Assembly (NCBI RefSeq): GCF_009914755.1
Contig: NC_060939.1
Strand: one strand, 5' to 3'
Length of the DNA: 64,000 nucleotides
Origin: the human T2T-CHM13v2.0 reference genome, Homo sapiens
Positions 29,130 through 40,469 of the stretch are shown here, piece after piece. The position numbers and the translations under genes were made by a program. The notes beneath the pieces are model-generated. The model was not told where the DNA came from. It ran no database searches and saw nothing but the letters and a program-made list of their open reading frames with translations. Position 1 is the first letter of the stretch, and each line of letters starts with the position of its first letter.

Positions 29130-30120
29130 CTTACTGAGTAACTACTATGTGCCGGGGACTGATCTTGGTTCTGGGATCACTGTGGTGAGCAAATTAGGTA
29201 TAACTCCTACCATCATGCTGCTTGCTAGCAAGACAAATAGTCACAAAAGAGTAACACAATTGGGTTAGTTATGAAAAGTGTAAATGTTATGAAGAAATGA
29301 TCCCCTGAGATAAAATAACCAAGGGACCTAAATTAGAGGATTAGCAAAGGCCATTTGAAGTCAGTGAAAGCCTCTCTGAGGAGTTGACCCTTGAGTCAAG
29401 CTCCAAGGAATGATGAGAAATGTGAGGAAGAGCATTCCAGGCACAAGGAAGAGCCCCTTCAAAGGCCCTGAGTTGGGAAGAGCTGGAGAACAGGGAGCAA
29501 GGGTGAAAGCGGTGTGAGAAGCTGGAGCTGCGGTAGAGGCCAGCTCACGGGGGACCACTTTCGGGTTAGGGACTGAGACTTCATTTTTAAAAAGCGCTGG
29601 AAATCTACTGAAGGGGGTTTGAGCAAGGGGCATGATCTGACCTGCACTTTTAAATGCTGCTTCTGGCTGCTGTGTGGAGAGCCAATTGGACTGAAGCGGG
29701 AGGAAAAGTAAGACTCCAGTTAGATGGTGCTAACTTAGGTCAGGGGCTGTCAGTAGAGAATGAGAGAGAGGGAGGTGGATTTGAGTTATACTGGGGGCAG
29801 GGATGCCATGCTGAACAACTCCAGGGGCACCAGTTACTTCCCTGTCCATCCCTTGGGCACGACATGTCCTGCTTGGGGCAGAATCATCATGACTTCATTG
29901 TAAGGAGTTAGGGGAAGAGTCAAGGACGATTCCCAGCTTTCTGTCCAACACCTGGGTGGTTGGAGGTGACAGGAAGTTAGTGAGAGGCAGGGGGCCTGTG
30001 GGGTGTGCTCCAGGCTTCAGTATTGGACAGCTGAGTTGAGCTGCTTGTGCGACAAGCAAGTGGAACTGTCATGGAGGCAGTGGGACACATGCTCCCAGAG
30101 ATCTGGGCTGGAGAAGGAAA
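29130..30120 (-). mobile_element. L2 fragments
   Basis: tacttactgagtaactactatgtgcc..gcattccaggcacaaggaa..aaaggccctgag..ttgagcaaggggcatgatctgacctgcacttt. Confidence 0.65.
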
Positions 30121-30339
30121 CAAAGAGGGATGTTGGCCAGCCATTTACCAGGTTCTCTAAATGCTTTCCTTGGGGTAAGTTAGTTCACAGAACATAGAGC
30201 TTTTGGTCCAAGTACCATAGTTCCCAAACAATGCTTGCATTTACTGCTTTATTGTCTGTCTTTATTGAGATTCACTAAGACACAAGGTCATAGGGAGATT
30301 ATTTCTGCATCTTTTCCAGATCCAGCAATCCATTCATTT

Positions 30340-30340
<1 letters not shown>

Positions 30341-30392
<52 letters not shown>

Positions 30393-30411
30393 ATCTATCT
30401 ACCTACCTATC
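30341..30411. repeat. (TCTA)n tetranucleotide STR, followed by (CT)n
   Basis: About 12 uninterrupted TATC units then variant units. Confidence 0.92.
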
Positions 30412-31183
30412 ATCTGTCTACCATCTCTCTCTCTCTCTCTCTTTCTCTTTCCCTCCTTTTGTGGGGCAGGTCAGGCTGTTGGACTAGCTCACCACACGAA
30501 ACTCTTTGTTCAATGAAGAAAAGTTATTTCTCAGTTTTAGCCAAGCTCCTTTCCAATTGAGGGCTCTTGTTTATGTTGTGTCCCTCTTCTTGGAATGATT
30601 AATTGCTCACTGTCCCTCCTTCCCTACCCTTACCCCCTCCTCACTCCTAACCATTTTCCTGTCCAATTCCTACTTTTCTTCTGGTCTCAGCTTGAATTCT
30701 TACTCCATTAGGGAAATCTATCCTGATCCCTTTATCCAGGTAAAATGTACCTATCATGCATTCTTCCAGGGCCCCATAAAGCTGTACTTTGCTTCTGGAG
30801 CACTTCGCCTCATGTAAATTGTGCAGTTATTTGATTGATACCTGACTGGAAGCCCTGTGAGGGCAGGGAATGTATCCAACAGTATGGCAGCCCTGGCACC
30901 TACCATATTGCTTCCCATACAATAGATACCCAGTAGGGTTTTGTTAATGAATAAATGGAGGGATGCCAGGGAACTGTCTTTTATTTTGTATGTGGCTGCC
31001 TTTCAATGACTCCCTTGAAGGAAAGAAAGCATATATCCTATATTTGTGGGTCTCTGTAACAAAATAGTCCAGAGCTGTCTAATTGAGATTCTGACTTTTA
31101 TTTGTGGAAACTGATTTTGATCTGAAAATCCTACCAAGATAATCCCTATGCAAACTAGTTCCTCTAGACTTTCTAATAAGGAG

Positions 31184-31420
31184 CCTTGGACACACAAAGC
31201 TCATCATTCTTCCCAGAAGAAGATTAGGTCAGAATTGAACAGTCGAATGTATTTATATATTTTTATTTTATACTGCTGTCCACAAAGGTTACACCAGAGG
31301 CTTAGAGAGGCTCAGAGACTTACCTCGAGTCCTCAGCAGGTGGGTGGGTGAGGAGGTCCTACACCTACCTGATACCTTGGACACACAAAGCTCATCATTC
31401 TTCCCAGAAGAAGGGTAGGT
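31184..31420 (+). repeat. Local templated insertion: 39-bp direct repeats flanking a copy of 32374-32505
   Basis: ccttggacacacaaagctcatcattcttcccagaagaag at 31184-31222 and 31375-31413; 31231-31365 aligns to 32374-32505. Confidence 0.9.
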
Positions 31421-32566
31421 GATAGCTTGGAGACTGGCTGGTGGTAGTGGTAGGTTCCGTGTTACAGTCCCACAGGGTCTTCTCAGAAGGGAAGTGGGAT
31501 CCTCCCATTTACTGCCTTCTGTGTTGTGTGTGAAACTATTGACATGGCTTGCTTAATTACCAGCAGTTACTGATAAGACAGACTCCAGGCTGGCTTTGAG
31601 ATTCAGCCACCCTAACAGCATTCAGGAAGGCAGCAACAAGGTCAAAAGATGCATTCATTGCCCTCTGATTGAATAGTGCAGGCTTTAGAGTTGGAAGCTG
31701 AGGCTCTTTGCAGATAAGCAGAGACTCTGTGGCTGCCAAGTCTATAACAATTTGACCATTTTTTTCAGGGAAATCTACAAAAATGCCAAAATGTTTACAA
31801 ATAGGTACTTCCTGCTTTTGTACATTGTATGAAAACATGGGACATCTCTTACTGTTTTGGTTTCATTGTGAGAACATACAAAGCAGAGGTTGGAGCTCTT
31901 CTCCTAGCCCCTGCTGAGGAGTTGGTTGCTTTCTTCACCACAACCACTTTTCCCCCACAATAAAGATCTGTGTTGATTGTAAAAAATTTGGAAAATGCGC
32001 AAAAACACTAAGATAATTCTGCCACCCATAACTAACATTTTTGCGTATATCCTTACAGACTTTTTTCTAAATATTGTGTGTGTGTGTATATATATATATA
32101 ACAAAATAGAATTATTTCGAGCATATTGCTTTGTCATCCCTTTTTTCCCTTCATTAATGGTATATCCTATCAAGGATACTGATTTGAGAAGCTGCATATA
32201 TTCTGTTTATGGCTGTGTCATAATTCATTAACTCACATTCTTATATCTGGGCATATAATATTTGGTGTGCTTTTCTGTTTGCCAGAATTGTACACACCAT
32301 TGTATTGAACATCCCCGTATATGAATGAATATATGAATACATGATTTTTTCCTTATTGTCAATTCTTTGAAGTAGAATTGAACAGTCAAATGGATTTATA
32401 TACTTTTATACTGCTGTCCACAAAGGTTAGAACAGAGGCTCAGAGAGAGGCTCAGAGATTTATCTGGAGTCCCCAGCAGGTAGGTGGATGAGTAGGTCTT
32501 ACACCCAGACGCTGTGCCCCCTATCCTTGGCAGGTTCCGGCAACCCAGGCCAGGCCCTGTTGCCTG

Positions 32567-33601
32567 TAAGTCTGGAACTCAGATCATCTACTGATGTCTA
32601 TAAAGGGCAACTGTGTACCTTTCCTGGCCTCCTTTCAGTGATTTAATAATTTCAGTGGCTTTTTAATTAACTGCTGTTAGGGTAATTGGTCCAGGTCAAA
32701 ACAGGCAGGAAGTTGCCTTACTCAACAGGCAGAGAGCCTCTGATGGCCTCAGTGGGCCGCTGCAGGGGCCCCATGACTGGGCTCTCCATGCCAACCTGGG
32801 TTCTCATCTGAGGCCCCATTGTTCTCCCTCCACCCCCTCCCTTACCAATTCACCTCTTCCATATGGCCTTTCTCAAACGCTGGTGCCACTAACTTACCCA
32901 GAAACCTTTGCTCACCGTCTATTGTCCACACATCCTCCTAGGATTGACCTACACACTTCCAACCAGACCACCTGGCTGACAGGGTGGTCCCAGGGCTTAG
33001 AGAGCATGCGGCCAGGTGATTTCTGGTCCTGCCTGCCTGCCTGTGATACCATTAGGCAGGCCGTGGTGGTTATTCCTGTTTCAAATGCACATTCAGGAGT
33101 TGTTAGTAACTGAGGATAAATGTGTTTGTTTCTGATTTGGCCATCCCTACTTTTCTTCCAACAACTCTAAAAAAGTGGAGAGCAGCTGCAGGTGGAACTA
33201 GGCATCTCTCTATCCAGGCTTAGGTGGCAAAAGGAAAGACTCTGAGGTAGGACAGCCTGGGAAGATTCAGGGGTGCAATGTCCAGGGTGGGAGCACCAGA
33301 GGAGTTGGCCTGAGTGGAAACCCAGCTCTTCGGGTAGAGCCAGGCCTTCCAAGAGACAAATTAGCTGAAGGCCTTACTGGTGGCTGAGCGAGGGAGGTGG
33401 GGCCAAAGGAGAGGAGGGTGGCCTTCCATATACTCTGCCTGTTGAGTAAGGCAACTTCCTGCCTGTTTTGGCCTGGACCACCCAATTACCCTAACAGCAG
33501 TTAAAAAAGCCACTGAAATTATTAAATCACTGAAGGGAGGCCAGGAAAGTTACACAGTTGCCCTTTATAGAGGTCAGTAGATGAGCTGAGTTCCAGACTT
33601 A
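32567..33601. repeat. Inverted repeat with ~170-bp arms (32567-32734 and 33433-33601) and ~700-bp spacer
   Basis: Hand alignment of the left arm with the reverse complement of the right arm: ~6 substitutions and 2 small indels; the opposite-strand ORF GPGQNRQEVALLNRQ reflects it. Confidence 0.95.
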
Positions 33602-33752
33602 GAGGAACAGGAAGCCAAAGTTAATTGGTGCACCAATTTTTAAATTAATAGCCACACAAAATAGTATTGTCTTTCTTATCTTCAATAGACCTCTAAGTTG
33701 GGTGGCAGGACATGTGAGAAACCTGGGCACAGAGGCCAAACGTGTATCCACA

Positions 33753-33951
33753 CAGTGCTTCTCAACTGGGGGCATTTGCAATGTCTGGAAACATTCTTGG
33801 TTGCCACACCTCCAGGGAGTAGGGGTGCTACTGGCATCTACGGGTAGAGGCCAAGGATGCTGCTAAACATCCTACTGTGCACAGGGCAGCCCCCACAGCA
33901 AAGAGCTTATCCAGCCTCAAATGTCAATAGTGCCAAGGTTGAGAAACTCTG
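33753..33951 (+). mobile_element. MER20 hAT-Charlie DNA transposon
   Basis: cagtgcttctcaactggggg..ctactggcatcta..gtagaggccaaggatgctgctaaacatcctac..aatgtcaatagtgccaaggttgagaaactctg. Confidence 0.88.
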
Positions 33952-34859
33952 GTCTATGGGAACAAAACTCTGTAGGCCTCTGGACAGTGGCAACTAGAAG
34001 AAAACCCCAGGAGTTTCACAAGGACATGTGGCCCCCAGATAATAAAGGGCTGGCCCCTTTAAAACATGTCAAGAAAATGTGACAGCTTTAAAAGCAAGAT
34101 GATGCTTTTGAGATAATTATGAAATCCGTGATGGAAGTTAATTTAAATGTGAAATAACAGAACTGCAAAAAGTTATTTTATTATTATTTTTAGAACAGCA
34201 TTGATGTTTCTATCCCATCAGCAGTTTGAAATGAGGCATAGTCTGGAATCGTTTGCCATAATTTGATATGCTTGATGGATTCCAAGTCCCCCAAAGAATA
34301 AAATGAATGAATGTGATCAAGGATCACAGCTGTGTTCTCTCTCTCTTTTTTTTTTTTTTGAAAATATTTCACGCCAGAAAACTTCCAATTCAGTTCAGCC
34401 AGCCTCCCTGAACACTTCTATTCCCTGCACAAAGGGTGCTGTGCTCAGTGCTGGTGGTGGTGGTGTGGTGGGGGTGGGTTGGAAAGATGTGGCATAAAAC
34501 AGGTTGGCTACGTGTGTGTTCCATCAGTCTCTAACACAGGCAGCACTGGACACTTATGCAAATTTATGCAAATGACTGACCAACCATTGGTGAACAGAGG
34601 AGAATGTAGACCCCCTCCATTTCTTTCCTGCAGGCAAGGAAAGATGCTGAAGACTGTTCCGGTATTCAACACATTTCAGGACCAGTGTGTGCCTTTTCCT
34701 AGTCAGTGTCACAAACTGCAGGCCTTATTCCCAGCTGCTTGCTGGGTCTGTGGTGTCCCACAGATTCTGCAAAGCCCACCGCTCCCACATATTTCCTCCT
34801 CCTGCTATGTCCCCTGTGGCAGCGAGTGGCACCACTATCCATTCATTGGCCCAAGCCAG

Positions 34860-35520
34860 ACATTAATTATTTTAATTGCTTATCCACCTAATTAAACAAA
34901 TATTAATTGAATGCCAACCGTGTGCTCACAGTAGTGTGCAAACCCAGGCGTGGTTTCCGCTTTCACAGAGCTTTCCTGTGTGGCAGGAGAGTCGGCCATT
35001 TATTAAATAATAAGTATTGTGAAAGAAAGGAGTCTTTGTTTCCAAATGCAACAGGAGGCCATTGAAGTGTGGTGAGTGGGGGCGTGATGTGATCAGAGGT
35101 GGGTTCTGAAAAGCTCTCTGGCTGCGGAATGAAGGACATTCTTATTGGCAGCAGGCTGGTGAGGAGGGAGGCCTGCCCGGAGGCCATTTCGGAAGTCCAC
35201 GTGAGGGACGTGGAGGCCCGGTCCACGTAACATTGGATGTGGACAGCAATAAATGGATCTTTCAGATACTTAGGAGGAGAAACAATTGAACCAAGAGAGT
35301 AAGTGATGGACCAGATATCAGAGATGAGAGAGAGGGAGTGGTAGTGTTCCTGATTTGACCACTGGGTGGATAGGCTATCATATCCCCAGCTAGAAAATAC
35401 TGGACGAGATCCAGATATTTTGGGCTTTTTGGTGGGGGTTGGGGGAAGATCAGGCGTTTGGTTGAGTTTAAGGCACCTTGAGCTCAAGACCTCCAAGGGA
35501 GATGGGGATTTGCCAGAAAC
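34860..35520 (-). mobile_element. L2 fragments
   Basis: aaacaaatattaattgaatgcc..gatgtgatcagaggtgggttctgaaaagctctctggctgc..gttgagtttaaggcacct. Confidence 0.6.
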
Positions 35521-35734
35521 CTCCAAGTTGCTTCATTTCCCCCTGGAGTCAGAACTTTGCCTTCCCCCTGCCCGCTCTCCACTGCTGTGTCCCCAACACC
35601 TTCAGTAAGGTCTGGCACACACTTGGTGCTTAAAAAATATTTGTTAAATAATGAATGAATGACTGAATGAATTGGTCTCCACATCCTCCAGATCCCAAAC
35701 AAATGAAAAGAGATGTGTCCATCACAAGGTTTTG

Positions 35735-36370
35735 TGTTTTTGGTAATGTTTTATGTTGAACTTATTTCAAGTTTACAGACAAGTTGCAGGAATAATACAG
35801 AAAGCACTTGTATACTTGTCCCCCAGATTCCCCCATTGTGTTGCTATTTTACCATGTTGGCTTTATCAGTTTTTTTTTTCTCTGTCTCTCTCTCTCTCTC
35901 ACTGTGCCACTTGAGAATGAGTGGCATACACAATGTGCCTTCTAACTCTAAATGCTTCAAGGTATATTATTTCCTAAGAATAAGGACTTTTCCCACGTAA
36001 CTACAATTTATGACAAAAATCAGGAAGTTGGCATTAATGTAATAGCATTATCTAATCCACAGACCTTATTCAATTTTCACCAATTGTTCCTCATAACAAA
36101 AAAAATGATTTTTCAAGTTCAGGGTTTAACCTAGGATTATAAGTTACATTAAGTTCTGATGTCTCTTTAGTGTCCTTTAATTCTGGACTAATTTCTCAGT
36201 TTTTTTTGTTTGTTTGTTTTTTTCTTTCATTACCTTAACATTTTTGCCAAGTATAGGCCAGTTATTTTGCAAAATATCTCTCAATTTGGTTTTGTCTGAT
36301 GTTGCCTCACAATTGCATTGGAGTTGCGCTTTTCTAAAATTTTAATTTTTTTGGCAAGAATACCCCAAAA
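35735..36370 (-). mobile_element. Old L1M (MC/ME-type) 3' fragment
   Basis: atttcaagtttacagacaagttgcaggaataatacag..ttcctaagaataaggact..caatttggttttgtctgatgtt. Confidence 0.65.
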
Positions 36371-37069
36371 GTGCAGTTGTATCACAGGGTTACTTTTAAC
36401 AATCATTTAAAAGTGAGTCTGTTGATGAAGTCAAGGTCGTGTATAGACAAGACTAAGGAAAGACGATTAGTCATTTAAGATGCCATTTATGTGCTTGGCA
36501 GACCTCATCTTTGGGTCCTATACACCATTTGCGAGTATAGGCAGCTTTACATGCTTCCTGTTGAGTACAGGTCCCAGGGGTTTTTTAAAAAAAAATTGTA
36601 ACATTAACACTTTCCTAAACTAAGTATCAATTTCATTTAACAAATAAAATAATTATAAGCAAACTATGCAAAGATTATCATATCTCTAATAAAGTCAATA
36701 GGGAGTTGAAGTGTTTAATTACCAACTTTCCTGACATACAAATTGAAAAGCTTTTCAGGTAAGTTGCTCACATGGAATGCCTGAAACACACTGCAATTAA
36801 CAATTGGATCTTCATTCAAACAGTAATTAGTGTGTGATTTGTCCCGTTTTTGGTTGCTGGTGCATATCCAGGTTTAGATGTGTATTTGCATTCATTTTAG
36901 GAAATTAATTTATGATTTCTTTTAAGTTTCACTTGAAAACAAATTTGCGTTTTACTGTGGCTTCATAAAAAGAGATCACCTTTTGTTGCCTGACTTAGTG
37001 ACTTAAAAACCAAATTCGGGAGGTTATAATTTGTCTGCAGAAACTTGCCGAATTTTCCATTCTGAGAAT

Positions 37070-37262
37070 TCTCCCTCTCCTTCCCATCCCCCCTCTGCTT
37101 CTTCTCCTCCCTCCTCCTTCTCTTCCTTCTCCTTTTTCTTTTCTCCTTCTCCCCTCCCTTCCTCCCTCTTTCTCTCTCTCTCTTCTCCTTCCCTCCTCAC
37201 CCTCTCCTGCTCCTTTTTTCCTTCCTTCTTTTCCTCCTTCTCCCCAACCCCCTCCCTTTTTT
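37070..37262. repeat. CT-rich low-complexity polypyrimidine tract
   Basis: ~190 nt almost entirely C/T. Confidence 0.9.
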
Positions 37263-38670
37263 TAAAGACCCAAAGAAACAGGATGAGGTGGAAATGTTTG
37301 GTCTACCCAGTAGTTAACACAATCCACTAGGAGACAGTATAGACATTGAATGCATCCATTTTCCCAGCTGTGAAATGAGGTGGCTCCTCCGTTGGGTACT
37401 GGCCATGCACTAGGGCTGTTCTGTGTGCTTGGGATTCAGAGGTGGACAAGGCATTGCATGACCTGGTGGACCAGGGGACCGTAGTGTGTGGGTGGCTGGT
37501 TGTTCTCTTGTTCCTGCTGTTGCCTTATATGTAAAATGGGGGGTGATCACAGCACTCACCTCATTTGATTGTGGCATGGTTATATTTACCAATGTTTGGG
37601 ATGGTACCTGGCACACAGTAGGTGCTCTGTAAGCACTACTTGTTTCTCTCAGCACCATCCTAGTAGTGTGGAACATGGCACAGGGTTTGGGATTGAAAGG
37701 CATCTTACCAGCCCAGCAGTGAAAAGTTGGGGAGGAAAAACCAGATGTGCTTGTTGAAGAGAGGGGGTCTGTCATGGACCAGCAAGCCCCATCTTCCCTG
37801 GCACTCTGAGTCTGCTGGGTGTGTGCAGGATCATAAGCTGTCCCTGCTCTGGGCATTCCCAGTTCCACTGCGGGAAGAGCCTCTAGGCCCTGCCTCTGCT
37901 GTCCCTACCTTGCACTGCCCTGGGAAGAAGGACAGTGGTGACCTTGGATTTGTCCCTTCCCTGAACCTCCTGGATCCGGCTGCTTCCTCCTGTCCCTGTT
38001 GTGCTGTGACAGTCTTCTCACCACCCCTCTCCATTTGCTGGACCATTCTTCTGTCCTGACTTCTGCAGCTGAATGCAGACCAGCAATGCCCTAATCACCC
38101 ACTCCTCCTTCCTTGTCCTCACTGACAGAGTGGGGTAAGGTTCCCACTGTCCAAGGACTGTTCTTCCTCTTGGCCCCTCCCATGCTCTGGACCGACCAGA
38201 TGGGATCTGACCACTCTCTATGGATCCTCTGTTGGGTCGGGGGCTAGGCTGCTGTGCTGTGGGACGGATGCTGTGTCTGGTCTGCCTGCACATCTGAAAC
38301 TTACCTCTGTAGCTGGCTGGCTCCTTGTACCTCCTTACCTGGCCCTGCTGGGCCTCAGGCTGAGTCCCAAGACAATCAAGTTTTGTACAACACTTTATGG
38401 ACAGACTAGGAGTTAGGACATGTGCCCCTTTTTTCAAGTTAATTCATTTGTCCTCATTCATTCATTCAATAAATATTTATTAAATATCTGCCCTTCATTC
38501 CTCACGGTGCTTAGGTGCTGGGAATACACTGGGTGGAAAGAATGACAGAGTCTGTGCCTTCATGCATTTAGAGGCTTCTTGAGGGGAGCGTCTTTCGGAG
38601 TCCTCCAAGCTGAATATTCCAGCACTGGAAACAAACCATTTTCTAGAACGCAGGATCTGTTAGGTCTGTC

Positions 38671-38688
38671 TGCCACTAGATGGCGTGG
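38671..38688 (+). promoter_or_regulatory. CTCF-like motif TGCCACTAGATGGCGTG
   Basis: Matches the CCASYAGRKGGC core. Confidence 0.6.
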
Positions 38689-38702
38689 TCAAATAGGTAC
38701 CT

Positions 38703-38883
38703 CAGTGATTTGCAAACTTGACCCAGGGATCACCAGGAGGGCTTGTAAAAACACAAAATGCTGCCCCATCTCAGTTTTGGAGTCAGTCGTTCAGGGGTGG
38801 GAGTGGGCTGGGGTGAGATCGGCATTTCTAACAAGTTCCAGTGATGCTGGTACTGCTGGCCCAGATGCCCTTCAGGTCCACTG
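38703..38883. mobile_element. MER5-like hAT-Charlie element
   Basis: cagtgatttgcaaacttg..atcaccaggagggcttgtaaaaacaca..gcatttctaacaagttcc..gtgatgctg..ccactg. Confidence 0.65.
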
Positions 38884-39777
38884 AGGCAGGGGCTGCACTA
38901 AGCCAGTACTATCCAATGCCAGCTAACTCACCTGGTTCAGGATGGCTGGGCTCAATCGCCCATTTCACAGGTGAGGAAATAAAGGTGGTCGAACTGAGCC
39001 TTGAAACGCTGATCCTAACACACGGATTTGCCTGATCCCAAGTGTACCTTCTTTCCACTGTCACACTGGCTTTCCCTGGGTGATCTGGAGGGAGAAGGGA
39101 AGATAATTAATGAGTGGACTGTGCTGAAGAGAAATGAACCAGAGGTGTTAACTAGGCATCCAGCAGCGTGAGAGGGTAGGAAGAGGAATCAGTGGCCCAG
39201 TCCTGGCATTGACATGGCATGGTGCCCTGGGACACCCCTACCTTTTCTCTTTGGGCTTTTGGTTTTCTTATCTATAACGTGAATGGTTGGCATGAAAGCA
39301 CCTCTCATGTGGCAGGGTCCTGGAAAGTCCCGGGAGAAAAAGCTGAACAGACACCATGCAGGTTCTTAGGGAATTTCCATGGTATTTGGAAGATAAACAC
39401 AAATGGTTTTCCTGTGCCTGGCAGCAGGTCAGCCTTAAACAGCAGGGCATAGTTTGCTTTGGAACGCAGTGTAAGGCTCTCACCAGAGGGTCTTAGGATA
39501 AGGGGTGGAGCCTGAAGAGCCTTGGAGGAGATGGTGGTGGGCTCCGTCTGAGTTGGGGAGCCTGGGGCAATGGGAGGATAGGCTGCCAATGGTCACAGCA
39601 CCCGCACCTCCCTATGCAACCAGCCATCCACGTATGTCTTTGAGCCTCTCTCCACATTTTATCATCTCACACCAGAACCCACATTCTGGATCTGTCTTTT
39701 AACTCCTCTTCTATCAGCCCCTCTTTTTAGTTTAAAAAAAAGACCCTATGAACATATGAATATATGTATTGACTATA

Positions 39778-40146
39778 CAGATGGTCCCCAGCTTACAAGG
39801 GTTTCACTTTTTTGACTTTATGATGGTTACAAAGTGATATGCATTCAGTAGAAACTGTACTTCAAATTCTGAATTTTGATCTTTTCCTGGACTATTGATA
39901 TTTGGTACAGTACTCTCCCAAGATGCCAGGCCAGATCATGTGACACAAAGCCTATTTTATAATGAAGTGTTTAGTGTCTCATGTAATTTATTGGATATAT
40001 ACTGAAAGTGTTCTGAGCATGTTTAAGGTAGGCTAAGCTAGGGTGTTTGGTAGGTTAGGTGTATTAAATGCATTTTTGACTGAAGATATTTTCAATTTAC
40101 GATGGGTTTATTGAAATGTAACCCCATCAGAAGTGGAGAGCATCTG
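39778..40146 (-). mobile_element. Tigger4b (Zombi)-like TcMar-Tigger MITE
   Basis: TIRs cagatggtccccagcttac / gaagtggagagcatctg, TA on both sides (39776-77, 40147-48), 369 bp; internal gttctgagcatgtttaaggtaggctaagcta. Confidence 0.85.
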
Positions 40147-40305
40147 TATGAATATATATATTATGAACATATGAATATATATATTATGAACATATGAATA
40201 TATATTATGGACATATAAAAAGAATTATATGTGAATATATATTTTTATTAGAATGAATATATATATTGGAATGAATGAATTAGAATGAATATATATGTAC
40301 ATATG
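40147..40305. repeat. AT-rich degenerate tandem repeat (atgaatatatatattatgaacat-type units)
   Basis: Direct reading; a similar unit also lies just left of the Tigger element (39747-39765). Confidence 0.75.
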
Positions 40306-40469
40306 TTCATTCCAATAAAAGTGGCTTACTACCTGCCTTAGAAGAGTTAGTGAGATGAGATGGTAAGAACATAATCACTCCTGGGATGGTTGACCTTGGG
40401 TAACTGAAAGCACGGACCTTGGGTAACTGAAAGTGAAAGATAACAAGGGACTACTGCAAAAGGTTTGGC

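Noticed and set aside
31184-31413. 39-bp direct repeats with a spacer, superficially CRISPR-like or a large TSD
   Set aside because: Only two copies, eukaryotic context, and the spacer is a copy of nearby DNA; better explained as a templated insertion
32567-33601. Inverted arms as TIRs of a novel DNA transposon or a pre-miRNA
   Set aside because: No TSD or transposase remnant seen and arm ends are ragged; the 700-bp loop is far too large for a miRNA hairpin. Not fully excluded without a Dfam/BLAT search
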